From NCBI GenBank assembly GCA_965261595.1, contig CBDHDG010000004.1, positions 64,001 to 128,000 on the forward strand: a stretch of 64,000 bases of DNA. Direction: 5' to 3'. Below are positions 11,959 to 21,960 of this stretch, piece after piece (within the stretch, counting starts at the first letter, position 1; each line of letters opens with the position of its first letter). Source of the stretch: a bacterium (lineage in GTDB: Bacteria; UBA8248; JACPRG01; G963555815). The notes beneath the pieces were generated by a model, which worked only from the letters and a program-made list of their open reading frames with translations, did no database searches and was not told the origin of the DNA. Position numbers and translations under genes: made by a program.

Positions 11959-14900
11959 CTATGCCTTGGGCTGAACGGTGCGGGGCTCAAGGCCGGCCAT
12001 CCGACGGGCAAACACCACGATGTCATCCATGATGGCGTAAAGGCAGGGGATGAGGACGAGGGTCAGGATCGTCGCGAAAGAAAGCCCCCACACGACAGAG
12101 ATGGCCATCGGGGCGAGAAACTTGGCCTGACCCGTCGCGAAGAACGCCAGGGGCGTCAGTCCGCCGACGGTCGTTGCGGTCGTCAGGAGAATGGGCCGCA
12201 GGCGCGCCACGCCCGATTGGAGGATCGCCGCGTCGCGCGCCGCTCCCGCCGCCCGCGCCCGGTTGATGAAGTCCACCATGATCAACGAATCGTTGACGAC
12301 GACGCCGATCAGGGCGACCAGGCCGATCATCGACAGGAAGGTCAAGGCCTCGCCCATGACCAGGTGGCCGATGACGACCCCGTCCAGCGCGAAGGGGATG
12401 GCGGCCATCACGACGAGCGGCTGAATGAACGAGCGGAAAAGCGTTCCCAGGATGAAATAAATCAGCAGGATCGCCATCACCGAAATTCTCGGAAGAGAAG
12501 ACAACGAGGACTCCGCCTGTTGACGCTCTCCTCCGATCAAGACCCGGTAACCGGGGAATCGCTTTCCGACGTCGGCGAATTTCTCGCGAACCCGGTTCGA
12601 GACCTGGACGGCGTTCGCTTCGCGGGTGTCCACGTCCGCGAAAATGGTGATCGTCCGCTTCTGGTTGTATCTGCGGATCCGGCTGTTGCCGACGGCCGTT
12701 TTCAGGTTGGCCACGTCCCGCAGGAACACCTGCTCTCCGGAGGCCAGCGTGATCTTGAAATTGTGGATCGCATCGGGGCGAAGACGGGTTTCCCGGGGGA
12801 AGCGAACGATGATGGGGATGTCCTCGTCGTGTCTTTGAATGGTCGAGGCCTCGACGCCCTGGAAGCCGTTGCGCACCTGCCGGGCCACTTGCCCGAGGTT
12901 CAGACCCAGCGCCCGGGCCTCCGGCCGCAGGGTGATCTGAAGCTCTTCCTTCCCCACGGTGAAGTCGTCCCGCACGTCCCGGACGCCGCCGATGCCCGTC
13001 AGGAGCGCCTGGGTCTCCTTCGCCAGTTGTCGAAGCGGACCCAGGCGCTCTCCGGCGATCCGGATCTCGATGGCGGGTCCGCCCGGGCCGGACTGCGTCT
13101 TCAGAAACTGAATCTTTAGAATGTCCGGAATTTTGCGCATGCCCTCGCGGAGCTCGGCCATGATCTCGTCCACGCCGCGCCGCCGATCTTCCGACAGCTC
13201 GACGACCAGCTGCCCGAGGTTCGGCCCGCGCTCGATCCGGACGACGTCCAACACCGTGACGCCGACGTTGGTGGCCAGTGATGCCAGCTCCCCGGCAGGC
13301 AGTCCGAGGACGACCCGCTCGGCCCGCTTGGCGATGTCCAGGGTGTCTTCGATCTTGTTGCCGGCCGAGGTCTCGAAATTGATGAAGAACAGGGACGACT
13401 CGAATTGCCGGAACATGACGAAGGGCATGCGGTAATACGCCGTGGCGGCAAGGAGCACTGTGACCGAGAGCAGGAGCCCGCCCACGACGTATCGCCAGCG
13501 AAGCGCCGTCGAGAGCAGGGCGCCATACGCCCTTCGGAGGCGGCCCAGGAGGGGGAGCTTCCCGCGCCGGATCCGCTTCGCGTAGGCGGGGGTGATGATG
13601 TCCGCCAGGTGAGAGGGCAGGACCAGAAGCACCTCGACCAAGGAGGCCATCAGGGCGAAGGTCACCACCAACGGGATCGGGGATAGGAACACCCCCATTA
13701 CGCCGGGGATCAGGAGCAGGGGCAGAAAGGCGGCCACGGTGGTGATCACCGTCGCCACGACCGGCCAGCCGACCTCCGAGGCCCCCTGTACGGCCGCCTC
13801 CCGGGGGTCCATGCCCTCCTCGACGTGCCGGTAGATGTTCTCGGCCACGACGATTGCGTCGTCCACCAACAGCCCCAACACCAGGATGAGCCCGAAAATG
13901 GAGAGCATGTTCAGGCTGATCCCCCAGATCGCCATCAAGATGATCCCGCCCAACATGGCGACGGGGATTCCCAGGCCCGTCAGAAACGCGACGCGCGTGC
14001 GCAGGAAGACCCACAGGAGGGCGAACACGATGGCCAGGCCGATGACCCCGCTTTTGCGAAGGGTGTTGAGCCGGTTGCGGATGAAGACCGAGAAGTCGTT
14101 GTGGACACCGACCTTGACGGTCTCCGGATATCGCCTCCGCACCTCCTGGACCCGCTTGCGGACCGAGGCGGCGATGTCGATGGCGTCCCCATCGCGCTCT
14201 TTGACGAGGACCAGGTTGATGGCCGGTTTCCCGCCCCAACGGCTGATGGTCACCGGGTCCTCGAAGGTCTCTCTCACCTCGGCCAGGTCGGCCACCCGGA
14301 GGGGCGTGCCGGTGGAGAGGCTGCGCACGATGACCCGCTTCACCTCCTCGGCCCCGGCGGCTTCTCCCAACGTCCGGATCAGGATCTCGCCGCGTGGGGT
14401 TTTCAACGCGCCTCCGGGGACGTTCCGGTTCTGGGCGGAGATGGCCGCCCGGATGTCGTCCAGGGTCAGCGCGTATTGAGTCAACCGGGCCGGTTCGACC
14501 TCCACCCAAATCTGCCGCTCCCGGGCGCCGATGATCCGGACGGCGGCCACGCCCGGGATGCGGCGGAAGTCTTCCTTGAGGTCGCGGGCGATCGTCCGCA
14601 GGGAACCCTCGGCGATGTCCCCCGCCAGTGAGACGGTGATCACCGGCCAGGCGTACTTGACCTCCTGAATCAGCGGCGGCTTCGCCTCCTCGGGCAGGTC
14701 GGCGACGTTGTCCATCGCGCCCCGGACGTCGGACAGGGCCCGGCTCATGTCGGTGTCCGTTCGAAATTTCAGGAGGATCTCGGAAATGCCCTCGTGGGAG
14801 ATTGAGATCAACTCGTCCAGGCCGTCGAGCTCGGCCATCTCTTCTTCGTTTTTGGCCGTGATGAGCTTTTCGACTTCCTCCGGAGAGGCGCCGGGGTAGA

Positions 14901-15051
14901 GGGTCTCGATCCGGACCGCCTGCCGGGGAAACTCCGGAAAGATCTCCCGGTGCATGGAGAAATACGTTGTCAGGCCCGCTCCGATGAGGAACAGCGTGAG
15001 CAGGTTGACGATGACGCGGTTGTTGACGGAAAAGGCGGCGAGCGCTCTCAC
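11959..15051 (-). CDS. RND efflux transporter permease (AcrB/AcrD/AcrF family)
   Basis: 1030 aa; GLLVDDAIVVAENI, GVVVNDSL, RLRPILLT, two large periplasmic loops. Confidence 0.95.
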   Translation of the reverse strand: MRALAAFSVNNRVIVNLLTLFLIGAGLTTYFSMHREIFPEFPRQAVRIETLYPGASPEEVEKLITAKNEEEMAELDGLDELISISHEGISEILLKFRTDTDMSRALSDVRGAMDNVADLPEEAKPPLIQEVKYAWPVITVSLAGDIAEGSLRTIARDLKEDFRRIPGVAAVRIIGARERQIWVEVEPARLTQYALTLDDIRAAISAQNRNVPGGALKTPRGEILIRTLGEAAGAEEVKRVIVRSLSTGTPLRVADLAEVRETFEDPVTISRWGGKPAINLVLVKERDGDAIDIAASVRKRVQEVRRRYPETVKVGVHNDFSVFIRNRLNTLRKSGVIGLAIVFALLWVFLRTRVAFLTGLGIPVAMLGGIILMAIWGISLNMLSIFGLILVLGLLVDDAIVVAENIYRHVEEGMDPREAAVQGASEVGWPVVATVITTVAAFLPLLLIPGVMGVFLSPIPLVVTFALMASLVEVLLVLPSHLADIITPAYAKRIRRGKLPLLGRLRRAYGALLSTALRWRYVVGGLLLSVTVLLAATAYYRMPFVMFRQFESSLFFINFETSAGNKIEDTLDIAKRAERVVLGLPAGELASLATNVGVTVLDVVRIERGPNLGQLVVELSEDRRRGVDEIMAELREGMRKIPDILKIQFLKTQSGPGGPAIEIRIAGERLGPLRQLAKETQALLTGIGGVRDVRDDFTVGKEELQITLRPEARALGLNLGQVARQVRNGFQGVEASTIQRHDEDIPIIVRFPRETRLRPDAIHNFKITLASGEQVFLRDVANLKTAVGNSRIRRYNQKRTITIFADVDTREANAVQVSNRVREKFADVGKRFPGYRVLIGGERQQAESSLSSLPRISVMAILLIYFILGTLFRSFIQPLVVMAAIPFALDGVVIGHLVMGEALTFLSMIGLVALIGVVVNDSLIMVDFINRARAAGAARDAAILQSGVARLRPILLTTATTVGGLTPLAFFATGQAKFLAPMAISVVWGLSFATILTLVLIPCLYAIMDDIVVFARRMAGLEPRTVQPKA

Positions 15052-16529
15052 GGGCCGAGGGGGCGGTCCCCGGACGCGGGAATCCGTCCACGGCGCTCCG
15101 CCACGATCCGGACCTTCGCGCCGTCCTCGAGGAGTCGTCGGCCGGTTGCGACCAGGAGGTCGCCGGGCCGGAGCCCCCCGCGAACGAGGAGCCGCGGCCC
15201 GAATTCGCGCGCGATCCGGATCGGCCGGCGGCGGGCGATGTTTCGCTTCGGGTCGATGAGGAAAACGAACCTGTTCTTCCCGCCTCCCGCAACGCTTCCC
15301 CTCGGAATCAGGATGGCCGAGGGATAGGTTTCGAGCGGGACGCGGACGCGGACGCGGGCGAACATCCCCGACAAGAGCTGTCTTGGGCCCCGGTTGGCGA
15401 CCAGGACTTCGATGGGGAATGTCCGGGTCCGGTCGTCGGCCCTGGGCCCGACGTAGGCCACGCGCCCCCGGAAAGCCTCGCCGAATCCTTCCACCCGGAC
15501 GGAAGCCGACAGGCCCGGATGCAGAAGACGGATGTCGGCCGCCGGCGCGCGGATCCGGATCCTCGCCACGTCATGATCCACCAGCCGGAAAAGGATGGTT
15601 CCGGGCTTGACCATCTCGCCGGCCGTCACGACCTTCTCGGCGATCACCCCGGCGAACGGAGCGCGGACCCGGGTGTCCTTCAAGGTCAGCCGGGCCCGGG
15701 AGAGATCGGCCGCCGCCGCGTCGACGTTCGCCGCGGCGATGCCCCGCTGTCCCTTCGTCTCCTCCAGGGCATTCTGGGCCCGCTCAAGCTCCTCCTGGCC
15801 GCGGCGGACGAGGAGCTCCGAGCGTTCCATGTCCTGTTGGGTGGTGAGTTTTCTCTTGAACAGCCCTTTCAGGCGATTCCATTCCGCGCGCGCCAGGCGG
15901 AGCTTGTCGCGGTTGATCTCGATGAGGGTGTTCTGTCTTTGGATGACGGCCTCGGCGCGGCGGTGCTCGGCCTCGGCCCGAGCGAGGAGCGCCTCGCGGA
16001 ATTGCACTTCAATTCGGAAGGGCGCTGGATCGATCTCGGCCAGGAGGGCGCCCCGCCGAACCGACGCCCCCAGCTCGATCCCTTCCGGAACGCGCGCCAC
16101 GGGTCCCGACACCTTGACGCTCAGCGCCGCCTCCCGGTTGGCCCGGACGGTTCCGAGGGCCTGGAGATAATGCGTAAAGGGTCCCGGCGCGACCCGGATG
16201 ACCTCCACCGGGACCGGCGTGGCGGCCGGGATCGGGGCCGGCGGCTCTTCCACCGCCTGAAGCCAGTAGACGGCCCCAAGCGTCAGGGAGGCGATGATCG
16301 CCAGCATGAAGAGGGAGAGGACCCACCGCTTCGTGATATTCCGTTCTCGGGATTGGCGGGGGTCGGCGTCTTTGCGCGGAGGCGGGCGCCCCTAGGTTTC
16401 CGCCGCGTCCGCGGATGCGGAGGGAGGCTCAGGGAGCAAGGCCGGCTCGGAGGGTGAACCGCCGTTGACCTTGTCTTCCGCCGTGGCGATCCGGGCCGGG
16501 ATTTCTGTGTCAGCGGGAGGCTCTGCCAT
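15048..16529 (-). CDS. RND periplasmic adaptor (membrane fusion protein); in-frame TAG at 16392-16394 in the N-terminal extension, alternative start at 16307
   Basis: Lipoyl/barrel motifs VSGPV..V and VRAPFAGVI, coiled hairpin, TRTF, LLSGMF. ORF 16392..16652 is in the same frame as 15048..16307. Confidence 0.88.
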
Positions 16530-16882
16530 CTTCAACCTGTACTCGGCCCGATGCGTCAAACCGTTATGGGACGCGGCCTGTTCGGAGGGGAGCGCCTTTT
16601 TCGGGTGCGGAGCGGCTGATTCAAACCTAGTCCGAATCGATTGGCCGTGCAAGGCGAAGCCGGATGAATTCCAGTCCTCTTCCCCTTGCGACCCGGGGCT
16701 CGACAGTCAGGTGGAGCCGGAGATGCGCGGCCGAGTCGGCCCGATTCGGGCGTATGGTACGATGAAGTCTCCGGGGTCGGCGCATGGGATTCAGGAAGAT
16801 GCCTCCCGCCGCGCGGCCCTTGTGTGGATGCGGATATCAGCGTGTTCCATCTGCTTGGGCCGCGCGCGATGGGAAAGAACGG

Positions 16883-17809
16883 ATGCTGGCCATCTCCACA
16901 GCCTACTGGCCTTCGCTTGAGGACGGCCAAAAGATCCTGGATGAGGCGGACCGCCTGGGTTTCTCCGCTATCGAGATATCGACGTACACGGGCCGGAAGG
17001 CCCTGGATGAAATGCTTCCGGCGCTGAGGCGCAGGCGATTCAAGACCGTGAGCCTCCATAACCCGTGCCCCAAGTTTGAGCCGAGATTGCTGCCGTGGGA
17101 GACGGAGCGCCCCGAGCCTCTGGTGACGGCGGAGGATCCGGAGGAAAGGAAGGCCGCCGTTGAGCTGGCCTATAAGACCATCGAGCTGGCCGCTGACCTC
17201 GAGGCGGGGGCCGTTGTCCTTCACCTGGGGACGACGGAGATGCCCGCGCCCACGGAGGCGTTGCGGGAGATGTTCGAGCGCGAGAGGGTCGAGACCGATG
17301 AGGGGCGCGAGCGCGTCGCGGAGATCCTGAAAGAGCGCGCCCGGGCGGGGGAGGGGGTGTGGGACCGGCTCTCCTTCAGCCTGGAGGCATTGACACAGAA
17401 GGCCGAGCGCCTCGATGTATTCCTCGGAATCGAGAACCGGATCCACCTGCCCGAGGTCCCCACGTACGAAGAGATCGGCCGAATCCTTTCCGAATTCGGT
17501 GGAGGAAACTTTCGGTACTGGCACGACATCGGCCATGCGACCGTCCATCAGAACCTGGGGCTGATCGATATCGAAGAGGCCCTGAGGGAGCTGGGTGGAC
17601 GCCTGCTCGGGCTGCACATCCACGACGCGAAGGGTTTTGACGACCACATCGCCCCGGGAAAAGGAGATTCCGACTACGCCACTGTCGTCCCTTATCTGAC
17701 GTCCGAGACCCCGCGCGTTATCGAGACCCACCCGCGGGCGCCCGAAGGGGAGGTCCTGGAGGGTCTCGGGGTTCTCCGGGATGCGGGCGTCCTCGACCCG
17801 GAGGGGTAA
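16883..17809 (+). CDS. Sugar phosphate isomerase/epimerase-like TIM-barrel protein (AP endonuclease 2 family)
   Basis: SLHNP, VVLHLG, LGIENR, WHDIGH, LHIHD, DHIAPG.G metal-binding motifs. Confidence 0.85.
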   Translation: MLAISTAYWPSLEDGQKILDEADRLGFSAIEISTYTGRKALDEMLPALRRRRFKTVSLHNPCPKFEPRLLPWETERPEPLVTAEDPEERKAAVELAYKTIELAADLEAGAVVLHLGTTEMPAPTEALREMFERERVETDEGRERVAEILKERARAGEGVWDRLSFSLEALTQKAERLDVFLGIENRIHLPEVPTYEEIGRILSEFGGGNFRYWHDIGHATVHQNLGLIDIEEALRELGGRLLGLHIHDAKGFDDHIAPGKGDSDYATVVPYLTSETPRVIETHPRAPEGEVLEGLGVLRDAGVLDPEG

Positions 17810-17976
17810 GAGGCCGGGACGGGCGATTCACGGGTTTGGCTCTTTTTGCGGGCGCGTCTAGGTAGAAATTGCGGGCCGTGTCCCATGGCGGTTCGTGTCT
17901 CGCAAGAAGCGGAGGGCGCCGAAAAAACGCGCGCGGCGATGGTTCCAACACGGGGGGCGAGCGGGAGAAACCACCG

Positions 17977-18753
17977 ATGCCCGGCGAGTTCAAGAACATC
18001 CTCTATGAGGAAGGAGCGGGGCGGGTCACCGTCACGATCAACCGTCCTCCCTTGAATCTGATCGACCTGGAAACCTTTGAGGAATTGCAGCATGCTCTTC
18101 GGCGGGCCCGAAAGATCGAGGGTCTCAAGGCGCTGGTCCTGACCGGGAGCGGCGAGCAGGCCTTCTCCGCGGGCATCACGATCGAGAGTTTCACGCCGGA
18201 GCGGATACAAGGGTTTCTGGATATCGCGCGCGGCACGATGGGGATCCTTGAAGAGCTGGATGTCGTGACCATCGCGGCCATCAAGGGGCTGGCCTTGGGG
18301 GGCGGCTGTGAGCTTGCGAGCTGCTGCGACCTGATCCTGGCGGCGGACACCGCCCAGTTCGGATTCCCCGAGATCAAGGCCGGCTTGTTCCCGCCCGTCG
18401 GGGTGGTCGTGCTTCCCCGGCTGGTGGGTCTGCGAAAGGCCCTCGAGCTCGTATTGACGGGGGACATCATCGGTTCCCATGAGGCGCAGAAACTGGGTCT
18501 CGTGAATTCGGTTCACCCCCTGGAAGAGCTCGATCTCGCGGTCACGCGATTTGTGGGACGGATCAACCGGGCCAGCGCCGCCGTCCTGCGGATCGCGCGC
18601 AGGGCGGTCTATGCCTCGGCGGATGCCGATTTGAAGACCGCCTTGGACCGCAGCGGATCTCTTTATCTGAACGACCTGATGAACACCGAAGACGCCCACG
18701 AGGGACTCGCGGCATTCCGGGAACACCGCCGGCCTCGATGGAAGAACCGGTGA
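17977..18753 (+). CDS. Enoyl-CoA hydratase/isomerase (crotonase family; possibly dienoyl-CoA hydratase-like)
   Basis: AFSAG, ALGGGCEL, FGFPEIKAG, EDAHEGLAAF..R.P.W. Confidence 0.9.
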   Translation: MPGEFKNILYEEGAGRVTVTINRPPLNLIDLETFEELQHALRRARKIEGLKALVLTGSGEQAFSAGITIESFTPERIQGFLDIARGTMGILEELDVVTIAAIKGLALGGGCELASCCDLILAADTAQFGFPEIKAGLFPPVGVVVLPRLVGLRKALELVLTGDIIGSHEAQKLGLVNSVHPLEELDLAVTRFVGRINRASAAVLRIARRAVYASADADLKTALDRSGSLYLNDLMNTEDAHEGLAAFREHRRPRWKNR

Positions 18754-18910
18754 GGGGTCGGCTTGCCGGAGGATGACGCGCCCCGCCGCGGCCGGCCCTG
18801 AATCTTCCGTCCTCCCCGCCATTCAAGCATGCCCTCGCACGGTCCGAAGAGCCGCGTGATAAGATGGCGCGCTTGCCGGCCCGATGCGGGTTCAGTCCCG
18901 GGGGGGGGGG

Positions 18911-19912
18911 ATGAGGCCGATGGACGAATGGGTGGACCGGATTCGACAAGGAGACATCGGGGCGGCGTCGCGCCTGATCTCGATGGTCGAGGATCGCCGC
19001 CCCGAGGGCCGTGAAGCCATGAAGGCCATCTTCAAGATGGCCGGCCGGGCGAGCGTTATCGGGATCACGGGCCCGACGGGGGCGGGAAAAAGCACTTTGA
19101 CCGACAGGCTCGTCCGACTCTATCGGGCGGACGGAAAGACCGTCGGGATCCTGGCCATCGACCCGAGCAGCCCGTTCAACGGGGGCGCCTTGCTGGGCGA
19201 CCGGGTCCGGATGAACCGTCACGGGATGGACGAAGGCGTTTTCATCCGGTCCATGGCCTCTCGCGGAAGCCTCGGCGGCCTGGCCCGCGCGGCGGATGAC
19301 GCGGTTCATATCATGGACGCCGTGGGACGGGACGTGATCCTGGTCGAGACCCTTGGCGTGGGGCAGGACGAGGTCGCCGTCGCGGCGCTGGCCGAGTTCA
19401 CCGTGGTGATTCTTCAACCATCGGCCGGCGATGAAATTCAGATGATGAAGGCCGGAATGCTCGAAATCGGAGACCTGTTTGTGGTGAACAAGGCGGACCT
19501 TCCGGGGGCGGGGGAGACCGCGCGGGAGGTGCGGGAGATGCTTCTTCGATCCGGCGCCCCCGCGTCCGAGCAGGCCGCCGGGCGTGTGGACCGGGAAGTT
19601 TTTTTGACGGTCGCGAAAACGGATCAAGGGGTGCGGCAGCTTTACGACAGGTTGCAAGCGTTGCGGAATTCTTTGGAGTCCAGACCTGAGGTGTTGGCCT
19701 ACCGGCGGCGGGTCAGGCTCCGGGCGAACCTCCGGGCGGTGTTTCTGGAAGAGATTGGGAACCGGATGTGGCGCCGAATCGAGCGGGACGGCCGCCTGGC
19801 GGGATGGATCGGCGAATTGGTCAACCGGTCGACGGATCCCTACTCCCTCGCGGAAGCGCTCTTGGAGCCGCTGAGCGCCCACCTTGCAGCCGAAGAGGAA
19901 GTTTCGGGTTGA
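18911..19912 (+). CDS. meaB: MeaB/ArgK G3E-family GTPase (methylmalonyl-CoA mutase chaperone)
   Basis: GITGPTGAGKST, AIDPSSP..GGALLGDRVRM, RSMASRG.LGG, ETLGVGQ, VVNKAD. Confidence 0.9.
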   Translation: MRPMDEWVDRIRQGDIGAASRLISMVEDRRPEGREAMKAIFKMAGRASVIGITGPTGAGKSTLTDRLVRLYRADGKTVGILAIDPSSPFNGGALLGDRVRMNRHGMDEGVFIRSMASRGSLGGLARAADDAVHIMDAVGRDVILVETLGVGQDEVAVAALAEFTVVILQPSAGDEIQMMKAGMLEIGDLFVVNKADLPGAGETAREVREMLLRSGAPASEQAAGRVDREVFLTVAKTDQGVRQLYDRLQALRNSLESRPEVLAYRRRVRLRANLRAVFLEEIGNRMWRRIERDGRLAGWIGELVNRSTDPYSLAEALLEPLSAHLAAEEEVSG

Positions 19913-19926
19913 ATGTAGCGGCATTC

Positions 19927-21960
19927 ATGCTTCACTTGCGCCCCTTGTTTCCCCGCCGGTGTTCGGTCCTGGCAAATCTCCTGTTCGCCGCGGCGGTTTT
20001 CGCCCAATGGGTTCCGCCCTCCCAGAGCGCGGAAATCATGAGAGGGGGGAGGGGGGTGGGATCGGAAGTTCCGGACCGCGTTCATCGCCGGGTCCGTGGT
20101 GTCCGTGTTGGTGTGCGTCGGTCTGTCGGGGATCAAGCTCTTGCCTTCGGTGGAGAATTATCTCCTTTCCTCGCGGCTTCCTGCGGGTTACCCCATCGAC
20201 GTCGAATCGGGGGACGCCTCCGCGCCCGCCCTGCTCAAGCAGTTGGGATACGTCGGGCTGAACCTGGCTTTTCCGATCCGCCCGCCGCTGATCCTCCAGG
20301 CTTTCGGGGGAAACCTGCTTTTACTTCGGGTTCCTGGCTTTGATTTGCCTGGCGGTGGCGAGAGGACGCCCGCGGGGCTGGCCGGGCGGTTTGTTCCTGG
20401 CGCTGGGGCTGATCGGGTTGGGCGTAAGCGTCGGGGGAAGGTTTTCGATGGCGCTTCTCACCGAGACCTTCGGCGAGCTCCGGTGGGCCTCCATCCTGCG
20501 GCCCTACGCGCAGCACCACAACCAGGCGCTCTTGACGACGACTTCCTTTCCCGTGGCGGTTGGCTTGGGCGTCATGGTTGGGCGCGCCGAGGACCCGGCC
20601 TGGGGGCGGAGGTTGGCGGGGGGGGGGTGGCATGCCTTTGCGTCCTCCTGATCCTTGCCGGCGGGCTCGGGGCGCGCGTCGGCGGGGCGCGCCTGGCACC
20701 GTTTTTCCGGAATTTCTCGGTTTGGATGGCGGCGGGGGTCGCGGGCGCCGCCGCGCTTCTGTTCTTTGCGCGCCATCGCGGTCTCCTCTCCAAAGACTTT
20801 CTGTGGATTGGGATCCTGGCGCTCATGGCCGTGGATCTGATGGTGATGGTTCGACTTCCGTTCCGCCTTGCCGAGCGCGGCCGGTTTTTCCCACGGACGG
20901 AATCCGTCGATTTTATCCGGCGCATGCCGGGCCGCCACCGGGTGGTGGCCTTCCAGGATCATGAGGGCCCCTGGACGTGGTTCTCTTCCGTGTTTCCGCC
21001 CAACACGGCCATGATGGAAGACCTCGAGGACATGCGGGGTTGGTCGAACTTCATGCTGCGGCGTCACGCCCAGCTTTTCAGCGGGGTCGAGAACTCGAAC
21101 CTGGCCAGCTTGGATCGACTCTACCGGAACCGGATCGACCTCTACCGGAACAATGCCTGGTTCAGGTGGCTCGACCTGTTCAACGTAAAATACCTCCTCC
21201 TCTCCAATGATGAGGAAGACCTGTTGCGGCCCCCGAAATTTCGGCTGGTCCATAGCGGAGAGATCAGGATCTATGAGAATATGAACGTCCTGCCCCGGGC
21301 GTTTGTCGTTCACCGCTACGAGGTGGAAAAAGACCCCGCCCGGGCGATTCGGCGTCTTTCCGAGGCGACCATCGACGGGAAGGAAGCGCCCGTGACGCCG
21401 GCGAATTTTATCTTCCAGGGCGTGCCGGTCCCGGAGGGAGAGCACATGGTCGTCTTCCGCTTTCGGCCGGAAAGCTTTATGCGGGGAATGGCGGTGTCCG
21501 GCGGGACGGCGGTGTTCCTGTTGATCGCCGCCAAGAATCTGCTCGCGTCAGAGTATCGCAGGAACATCCTGCGGCAATTCAACACCTGGGGGTTCCGGCA
21601 GGTCCTCCACATCCTTTTCGACTATCCGTATCACGACACCCACGGGATCAAGATTTGGCGGGCTTCGGCCGTGCGGGAGATCCTGCCCGAGGTTCACTTC
21701 GACCGCGACCTGTTCGACACGGAAATGATTCTGCGCGGCGTCCGCGCCGGGTGGAGGGTCCGGGAGGTTCCGATTGTCGTAGAGGAAAAGCGCAGCCCCC
21801 GGCTTAGCATCCTGCCGAGGATCGCCAGAACCCTGAAGGACTTGATCATGCTTCGAAGGCTGATGAAACCGTGGGTGCGGCCGGGTCAATCCCGAGCGGC
21901 GGCCCGGGGAGAGGCCCCGCGCCCGGCGGGAGTCTTTCGGGCAAGAAGGTTCCGCCATGC
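19927..21960 (+). pseudogene. Decayed YfhO-like membrane glycosyltransferase fragments fused in frame to the C-terminal half of a GT2 glycosyltransferase
   Basis: YfhO-like motifs (IKLLPS.E, PNTAM, LDLFNVKYLL, IYEN..VLPRAF, DGKEAP..PANFIFQGVPVPEGEH.VVFRF.P) spread over two frames, followed by GT2-like DTHGIKIWR, FDTEMILR, VREVPI. Confidence 0.65.

Noticed and set aside
12023..15292. 1089-aa alternative-frame ORF over the RND gene
   Set aside because: Arg/Pro/Gly-rich shadow ORF expected from high GC; no motifs.
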